A stretch of 60,116 nt of DNA, the filler included, from Squalus acanthias (taxonomy: Eukaryota): the NCBI GenBank assembly GCA_030390025.1. It is 3 parts of 3 records of this genome, joined end to end, with 100 filler letters (N's around TTAATTAATTAA, not from the genome) between each part and the next. Parts side by side here need not be neighbours in the genome. Positions count along the whole stretch, not along the records: positions 34,875 to 60,116 come from CM059443.1; 2 more parts are not named here. One strand, 5' to 3'. Positions within the stretch are counted from its first letter, which is position 1. Each line of letters begins with the position of its first letter. Positions 52,795 to 60,116 of this stretch are shown piece by piece. Both the position numbers and the translations under genes were made by a program. Under the pieces are notes generated by a model. The model was not told the DNA's origin. It did not search any database and was given only the letters and a program-made list of their open reading frames with translations.

Positions 52795-53030
52795 TTATCT
52801 TTGTTTTGTTTTGGACTGTAGGCGCCGGAGATTGTATAATTTGCCCTCCGTCCTGAAGCGAATACACACTCCTTTATTCAAGTTCCTGATGGCATAAGTA
52901 AGCGTAGACGTAAACAAGGTACTAAGCAAGATGGGAAGTAGAACACAACCCTGTTTGATTCCACTGGAGACAGGGAAAGGACTGGAAACTTCACCATCTT
53001 CAATGACTCCTGACATCATGCCCTCAAGGG
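52795..53030 (-). mobile_element. Older RTE RT fragment
   Basis: FPVSSGIKQGCVL...IRFRTEGKLYNLRRLQSKTK. Confidence 0.8.
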
Positions 53031-54703
53031 ACTGGCGGGATCATCTGGATCAATAATTCAGAACAATTACTGCACAGGATTAATATTTGCAGCAGTATTA
53101 ATGGCTGCCAATCCATGTTTAGCGAGGTGAGGAAAGCTGAAATATTTGTTATGATTTCTCTGTACTTTTATTTGATAGAAAGGACAAATAAGAGGGAAGA
53201 ATCTGGGCTCAGTCTACATAAAGGTCAGTGTGGACAGAGCTCCGCCACCCTGTAACTATAATATAATTAGATTTTGGGCAGTACAAGCACAGTCCTGAAC
53301 CCAAGGTGCTTGGACTCCCAGCACCAAGGTAGGAGGGTTTGACCTGCACTGCTGTATCTGAGAAATGATCTCCCAAAATTTCTAACAGCAATATTGAAAT
53401 TATACTGAGTCACAGCTATAAGAGCCCATAGCAATGTCTCTATCATCTCCTTAATCCCCTTGGAGTCTCCACGTCACACACCACAGGTGGTTGTGGAGAC
53501 ACCTGGGCTACCTGTTCCTAAGACCACCAATGCAGTACTAATAGCTGCTAGCAGATGAGCCAGAGCAGATATGGGGAAAGGGGCAACTCTGCCTCTAAAT
53601 TTCCCACTCCCCTTGGTCTGGTGCCCCGGTGCAGCTGAAATTAGGAACTCGCAAGGATATGGAGTTGAACTAGTGTGACACCAGTCTGTGAGTGTTCCAA
53701 GAAGACACTCTCCAACAAGTTTTGTTAGAAGTAACACTCCTTCGGTTTCTGATTTCGTCACTCTCTTAAAACAACACAGGCATGTTCATACATCTGTATG
53801 CTCCGTGCTTTATTTTTCAAAGCGGCAGCAATCATAATATTGCCAGCAGTGAATTAGTAGCAGGAATTCTGGAACTGTCCACCCGCCAGTTTAAACTGGT
53901 ATAGATCTAGGCAAAGGTTTCCAAACTAAGTCCGCAGACTCTTGAGTATCTGCGAGGAGATTCCAGGGGATTCATAAGCTCGTCAGATTTCTGTCTGTCA
54001 TCAGATTTCTGTATTTTTCTATTATTTGTTCCTTCTAGTGCTGCATACTGACAAAAAAAATGATTCTGCAATGAAAGCATGGTTTTCCTTTAGGTAACTG
54101 ACCTGTCTTTTGCAAGTTAGGACAAGGTCTCCCCAGAGTGTGTCACTATTTGCAAGGGATTCCCCCACACAAAAAAGTTTGAAGGTATTTGGCTGGGCGG
54201 CAATTAGAAGGAATGAAGTCTGGTTGCTTACAGTAACAAAAGATGTAGAGTTTCCTGGGCAAAAGTGGACTCTTTTTGTTAGCATAAATGTAATACCTGA
54301 TTGAACTATCCATTTGATGAGAACTTACCCCTGTATCTAACTGGTGCTGACTGAAAATAGTAATAAGATTGTGCACAGGTACATAAAATATTGACAATTA
54401 GCATATTCCTGGAAAAAGATAAAAGTGAGGAGCAAATGAAAACAACTGGCTAAATATGAGGTGACACTATAAAAGAGATGCAAATAATTGCAGTCCACTG
54501 TACAAGCAGGGGGAGGCCTTTCAGTTTATTGACAAATCACATCTCTTCTTTCCTCAGCTGTCACAGTTTGGTCAACAAACCAAATGCAGGGCTCTCTCAG
54601 AGGGGGGGAAAAACCAAACCACAATAAAAGTTACTTCACTTTGCATTCAACTCAAATTGTACCTCTTTATCACTCGACAAAATCCATGTATCAGTATAAA
54701 ATA

Positions 54704-54805
54704 TGATGAAAGGTCATCGAGCTGAAACGTTAACTCTGTTTTTCTCTCTCCACAGATGCTGCCTGACCTGCTGAGTGTTTCCAGCGTTTTTTTGTTTTTA
54801 TTTTA
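54704..54805 (+). mobile_element. Solo Penelope terminal-repeat fragment with truncated hammerhead motif
   Basis: TGATGAAAGGTCATCGAGCTGAAACGTTAACT lacks the first core C and the 5' stem I; it lies ~25 nt from a SCAPER donor site. Confidence 0.7.
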
Positions 54806-54828
54806 TATTGTAACAAAATATGACTCAC

Positions 54829-54992
54829 CGTTTGGGTGCAGTCTGATCCGCTGTGAAGGCTTCTGACAGTTGTTTCGGCTGTGATTTGGAGCCACGGTAA
54901 TAGCTGTATTTGCCCGATTAGCTTTTACTTTGTCCGCCCAACTGACACCAGTTGGAGCAAGGCGAGCTGCGACCAAGACCGGAGGGGGTGCC
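54829..54992 (-). CDS. SCAPER: SCAPER internal exon
   Basis: 164 nt, phase 2-1, ttttctatttAG| ... AACG|GTGAGT. Reads APPPVLVAARLAPTGVSWADKVKANRAN...HPN; RLAPTGVSWADKVKA matches recalled human SCAPER, and it splices in frame to 46422. Confidence 0.93.
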
Positions 54993-55249
54993 CTAAATAG
55001 AAAATTAATTAGATTCAGATTCAAACCATGAGGAGAAACAGTCACCAAAAAGGAAACAACTAATGGAGATAAAAAGGATCTGGGCACTATGGGTTCCCAG
55101 TTTAACTCTATAAAGCCTGATTCCCCAATTGCCAATGTTCCTCAAACTGTTGCACTACATACAATACACAAGCACTTTCTCAGAGACAATCAAGGCACTA
55201 ACCACACCAACACTAATCCACAAGAAACTCATAACCTCCTCAATAATCG

Positions 55250-55445
55250 ACCAAGTATTTATCCCTCAACCAACACCACTAAAAAGCATCATCTCATTGC
55301 TGTTTGTGGGACCTTGCTGTGCACAAATTGGATGCTGTGTTTGCCTACATTACAAAAGTGACTGCACTTCATTAAAGTACACTTCAAAAGCACTTCATTG
55401 TCTGAAGGACATGAAAGCCATTTTATAAATTCATGCTCTTTCTTT
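55250..55445 (+). mobile_element. Deu SINE 3' portion
   Basis: TATTTATCCCTCAACCAACACCACT...CATTGCTGTTTGTGGGACCTTGCTGTGCACAAATTGG. Confidence 0.7.
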
Positions 55446-55504
55446 AAATAGTGATCAATGTCCTGGCCTCTAGGCTGATTAAAGTAGCCCCTGAACTAGT
55501 CAAC

Positions 55505-55720
55505 AGACCAAATAGACTTTATCCAGATATGCCAATCAGGGGACAACACCAGGCAGCTATATGACTTGGTCGAAAACTGCATTAGTACCAAAACTCCTGC
55601 CCGAATGCTCTCACTTGATGCAGAGAAGACATTCAACTTGATTGACTGAGACTTGCTCAAAATAATGGCCTTTGGAGAGACATTTGGAACTCTATCAGAA
55701 TCCCTCTACTTACACCCCAC
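55505..55720 (+). mobile_element. Decayed L1-clade RT fragment
   Basis: Translates to DQIDFI...DNTRQLYDL...LSLDAEKTFNLID*, similar to the L1 SLDAEKAFD motif. Confidence 0.55.
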
Positions 55721-56591
55721 TTCCTCAAAGTACACCCATAGCCACAACTCTCCCACATGCTCTGCAACGATGACTCCATTTCCCTCATATCATGCATGAG
55801 GAATGCAAACACAATAAAGGTTAGCATACTGCTCCGAATCCTTCACCTGTTCCAAATGCTCATTTCCCTAGTGCCTCAATGGCACTTGAGTCACAATGTA
55901 GTGTCGCTACCGGTGGCACCAACAGCCATTTGTTTCCTGAACATAGGTGTACAGCCAGCATGGTAGTGTTCCCACTGTTGGCCTGTATAGACCTTCCCCA
56001 AATATCAGGGAAACTCTTCCAGCCAGTAATAAAGCTGCAGCAGACAAATTTCAAATAACAGTGCACATTGTCTGCTGCAGCTGGTGCTGTGCATGTGCCC
56101 TAAAATATATAAAAAGGGAGAGATTCCACAGCACTGGTAGCCAAGGATATTCCAGAATTCCTTTATACTGGAACTGTGCAGGCTCAAGTAATTCATTGCG
56201 TTGGCAGCAGTCACGTCCTTAAAATTAAGCCGCAGAATAAACTCCGGCTAAAAACCATTTACTTTTATATTCAGAAATGTTTTCTGAAGTGTATTATAGT
56301 TAGAGACTTTTAAAAATGCATTCTATTTTAAAATATAAGTGAACGGGTTACAAGATCCAATGGCAAATATGAAATGAGAAGACACAAGGTTTTAATATGT
56401 CGATATTTTTAGCATTGACTCTACCTTGTGCCAAGTCATCTGCGTGCTAAAACAGGTGATAGATGTGCACCTTTGCCGCTCATTAGTGCCCAACATAATT
56501 TTACTTTTGGACTCTAATGCTGCTCATTACCAATTAACCCAGTGAGGCAGAACACCTAAACCATAACACATTAAATATTGTTTTTCTTTAC

Positions 56592-56639
56592 CTCAGCTGT
56601 TCTGTGTTGTGGATGCGGAGTTGAGCTACTGTTTGAACT
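56592..56639 (-). CDS. Candidate 48-nt SCAPER cassette exon
   Basis: catttacacAG| ... GAG|GTAAAG. Open in the phase 2-2 frame needed by the next exon (VQTVAQLRIHNTEQL). No homolog recalled. Confidence 0.4.
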
Positions 56640-57504
56640 CTGTGTAAATGTGCATGTCAATATCAGTCAACATTTACAGTCCTCTTTGATAATCAATAGT
56701 CATTTCCTGAGGTATTCCCATTACAAAATAACACATGTATTGAACCAACTCCTCAGCAGTCTTCAACCACAATTAGATGTAAACATCCTTCAGTGGCAAT
56801 GTGTTTAATAAATTAAAAGATGCCCCAAGTAAGTGGCATTAAACAAAGGATCAAGCTGCCTTTATTAATCTCACTCTTACCTCTGGATTAATTTAGTACA
56901 ACTCAAAGATTGGCATTTACTGCAGGATAAAGGAAAACTAATCACATTTTTAGCACTGTATCATGCACTACATTCTGCATTTTGGGTAGATAACTAGAAT
57001 TTAATTAGCTTTCTGTGAAGATAATTTTTTGTGCAATCTGAGGTCGGATTGAGTATTTTTCGACACAAACATTTTGCTCATTCAAAAAGCAGATATGCCA
57101 TTTAAATTGAAATGAATGGTACAGTTCAAAAGTTTGCTTCAAAACAGTCTGTGACACGTCATTTTTCCACCAATAAAGTAGTATTCGTTTCAGAGAGTGG
57201 TTCCCTCTTCAAGAAGAAGAACAGGATCCACCTTCTTGGGATTTTTTTTCCTTTTTATTATTGGCTAGAAACAGACAAGAAAATAACGGCTTTTTTTTTT
57301 TAAAGAGTAATTTACATTGTGCCAATATGGCATTCACGTCAGGAGGGGCAAAATTTCATTACAATATTCGGGAGAACTTGGTGGAATCAAGGGCACTGGG
57401 TCTGTTCCTAATTCATTTCAACTCATGACAACACTCACTTGGCCAGAATACTGTCAGAGAAGATGCCTAGAATCAACATGCAGAACAACGCAATTACATA
57501 AAAT

Positions 57505-57745
57505 AATCAGCTTGGCTCAATTGGTTACATTCTTGTATTGGAGTTGGAAGATTGGAGGTTCAAGCCCCCCCTCCAAGACTTGAGCATATAATCTAAACTG
57601 TTGTCTTTTGGAAGAGACTTTGAAGCAAAGCTCTGTATGTCTGTTCAGGTGGACATCAAAATTCCATGGCACTATTTGAAGAGGAGCAGGGACTTCTCCC
57701 AGTGTCCTGGCTGATATTGCTTCCTCAACCAGCACCAAAAACACA
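57505..57745 (+). mobile_element. Degenerate Deu SINE
   Basis: TGGCTCAATTGGT head, GGTTCAAGCCC B box and CATGGCACTATTTGAAGAGGAGCAGGG core. Confidence 0.7.
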
Positions 57746-57752
57746 TTACGAT

Positions 57753-58128
57753 AGCAAAATACTGCGAATGCTGGAAATCCAAAATAACAACAGAAAACGC
57801 TGGAAAAACTCAGCAGGCCAGGCAGCATCCGTGGAGAGAGAAACAGAGTTAACGTTTCAGGTCGAAGACCTTTCGTCAGAACTGGAAACAAGCAGGAAAT
57901 GGAATAGATTTTAAAGCAAGGGGGAGGGGATGAAAGAACAAAAGGGAAGGTCAGTGATAGGATAGAAAACAGGAGAGATTAAGAGACATTGAGAGACATT
58001 AAGAGATATTCAAGGCAAGAGGAGGTGGTAATGGGACAGGTTAAGGAACAAAGGATGGCTCTAGATGAAGTGTGAATTGCGCTGGCAGAATGAAGGACAG
58101 CTGCCATGTGGGAGGGAAGAAAAAAAGG
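57753..58128 (-). mobile_element. Inverted Penelope terminal repeat (pseudo-LTR) at the 5' junction of the element
   Basis: Reverse complement of the 3' terminal region seen at 15650-15775 plus 17540-17749. Confidence 0.88.
57847..57883 (-). ncRNA. Minimal type I hammerhead-ribozyme-like motif (all stems intact)
   Basis: Minus strand: AGTT-CTGACGA-A-AGGTC TTC GACCT-GAAA-CGTT-AACT, with a palindromic ACGT stem III. Confidence 0.65.
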
Positions 58129-60116
58129 CCTTTCTCCCGCTTTCAGAATTCCCGTTCGACCTGGACCCCTCCCCTGGCCTCTTACCCGCTCTAGATCTTT
58201 TCATTGCAAACTGCAGTCATGACATCGGCCGTCTCCATTTCTCTGCTCCCCTCACTCCAACCTACCTCCCTCTGAACTTGCAGCACTCCATTCTCTCAGA
58301 TCCAACCCCAACATTATCATTAAACCTGCTGACAAGGGTGGTGCAGTTGTTGTTTGGTGAACCGACCTCTACTTAGCGGAAGCTGAACACCAACTCTCCG
58401 GCACCTCTTCCTACCTCCACCTGGACCATGACCCCACTACCGAACATCAAGCCACCGTTTCCAAGACTGTCACTGACCTCATCTCCTCTGGAGATCTTCC
58501 CTCCACGGCTGCCAACCTCATAGTTCCCCAACCCCACACAGCCCGCTTCTACCTCCTTCCCAAGATCCACAAACAGGACTGCCCTGGTAGACCCATCGTT
58601 TCAGCCTGTTCTTGCCCCACAGAACTTATCTCTTCCTATCTCAACTCTATTTTTAATCCCCTTGTCCAGTCTCTTCCCACCTATATCCACGACTCTTCCG
58701 ACGCCCTCCGCCACTTTAACAGTTTCCAGTTTCCCGGCCCCAACCGCCTCCTTTTCACTATGGACGTACAATCCCTCTACACCTCCATCCCCCACCAGGA
58801 TGGCCTGAGGGCGCTCCGCTTCTTCCTTGAACAGAGGCCCAACCAGTCCCCATCCACCACCACCACCCTCCTCCGCCTGGCTGAACTTGTTCTCACATTG
58901 AACAACTTCTCCTTTGACTCCACTCATTTCCTCCAAATCAAAGGTGTTGCTATGGGTACCCGCATGGGTCCTAGCTATGCCTGCCTTTTCGTGGGATATG
59001 TGGAACACTCTTTGTTCCAGTCCTACTCGGGTCCCCTCCCTCACCTCTTTTTCTGGTACATTGATGACTGTATCGGTGCCGTCTCCTGCTCTCGCCCTGA
59101 ACTAGAAATTTTCATTCACTTTGCTTCCAATTTCCACCCTTCCCTCACCTTCACATGGTCCATCTCCAACTCTTCCCTTCTTCGACTTCTCCATCTCCAT
59201 CTCTGGGGATAGGTTATTGACAAACATTCACTACAAGCCCACTGACTCCCACAGCTACCTGGACTACACTTCCTCCCAACCTGCCTCCTGTAAGGACTCT
59301 ATTCCATTCTCCCAGTTTCTCCGTCTCCGCCGCATCTGCTCTAACGATGCCACCTTCCATACCAGTGCTTCCGACATGTCTTCCTTTTTCCTCAACTGAG
59401 GATTCCCCTCTACTGTGGTTGACACAGCCCTCGACCGTGTCCATTCTATCTCCCGCACTTCTGCCCTCACCCCTGCCCCTCCCTCCCGGAACCACGATAG
59501 AGTTCCCCTTGTCCTCACCTTTCACCCCACCAGCCTCCACATTCAACGGATCATCCTCCGCCATTTCCACCACCTCCAGCGTGATCCCACCACCAAACGC
59601 ATCTTCCCCTCACCTCCCCTTTCAGCATTCCGTAGGGACCACTCCCTCCGCGACACCCTAGTCCACTCCTCTACCACCACCAGCACCCCTTCCCCTTCGC
59701 CCGGCACCTTCCCGTGCAAGCGCAGGAGATGCAACACATGCCCTTATGCCTCCCCCCTTCCCACTGTCCAGGGCCCCAAACACCCCTTCCAGGTGAAACA
59801 GCGATTTACTTGTACTTCCTGCAATTTAGTATACTGTATTCGCTGCTCACGATGTGGTCTCCCCTACATTGGGGAGACCAAACGCAGATTGGGTGACCGC
59901 TTTGCGGAACACCTCCGTTCAGTCCGTAAGGGGGACCCCGAGCTCCCGGTGGCCTGTCACTTTAATTCACCGCTCCATTCCGACTCAGACCTCACCGTCC
60001 TCGGCCTCTTGCATTGTTCCACGGAAGCTCAGCGTAAGCTCGAGGAACAGCACCTCATCTTTCGATTAGGCACTCTACAGCCCTCTGGACTCAACATAGA
60101 GTTCAACAATTTCAGA
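58129..60116 (+). mobile_element. Penelope-like retroelement (Neptune-type): RT plus GIY-YIG endonuclease, disrupted, runs off the window
   Basis: KPADKGG, FYLLPKIHK, MDVQSLYTSIP, GVAMGTRMGPSYA, YIDD; Cys linker GTFPCKRRRCNTCPY; NLVYCIRCSRCGLPYIGETKRRLGDRFAEH. Several stops and frameshifts. Confidence 0.93.

Noticed and set aside
53474-53765. 95-aa ORF and possible acceptor within a SCAPER intron
   Set aside because: The frame compatible with flanking exons hits a stop, and those exons already join in frame to give the conserved NERKD sequence.

Overview
Cartilaginous-fish-like (shark) genomic DNA, not prokaryotic. The window is three sequence blocks joined by two artificial 100-bp linkers (N44-TTAATTAATTAA-N44 at 7136-7235 and 34775-34874), so adjacency across the linkers is not trustworthy. 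Block 1 (1-7135) holds one minus-strand exon that looks like LDB3/Cypher exon 10, plus transposon relics. Block 2 (7236-34774) is repeat-saturated. It carries the last two exons and probable 3'UTR of AICDA (AID; + strand, with an 8mer miR-155 site) tail-to-tail with the last three exons of a divergent vigilin/HDLBP-like gene (- strand). It also has six minisatellite arrays: three carry sense-strand branch-point motifs, two arose inside a SINE and a Penelope-like element, and one is a 13-kb almost T-free array that explains the spurious ~4300-aa ORFs. Block 3 (34875-60116) has three internal SCAPER exons (- strand) plus a candidate 48-nt cassette exon, CR1, RTE, L2-like and L1 LINE pieces, SINEs, MITEs, and a Neptune-type Penelope-like element whose terminal repeats contain minimal hammerhead-ribozyme motifs. 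Gene calls come from manual translation, splice-phase checks and recalled human protein sequences; no database search was run. Repeat boundaries are approximate.
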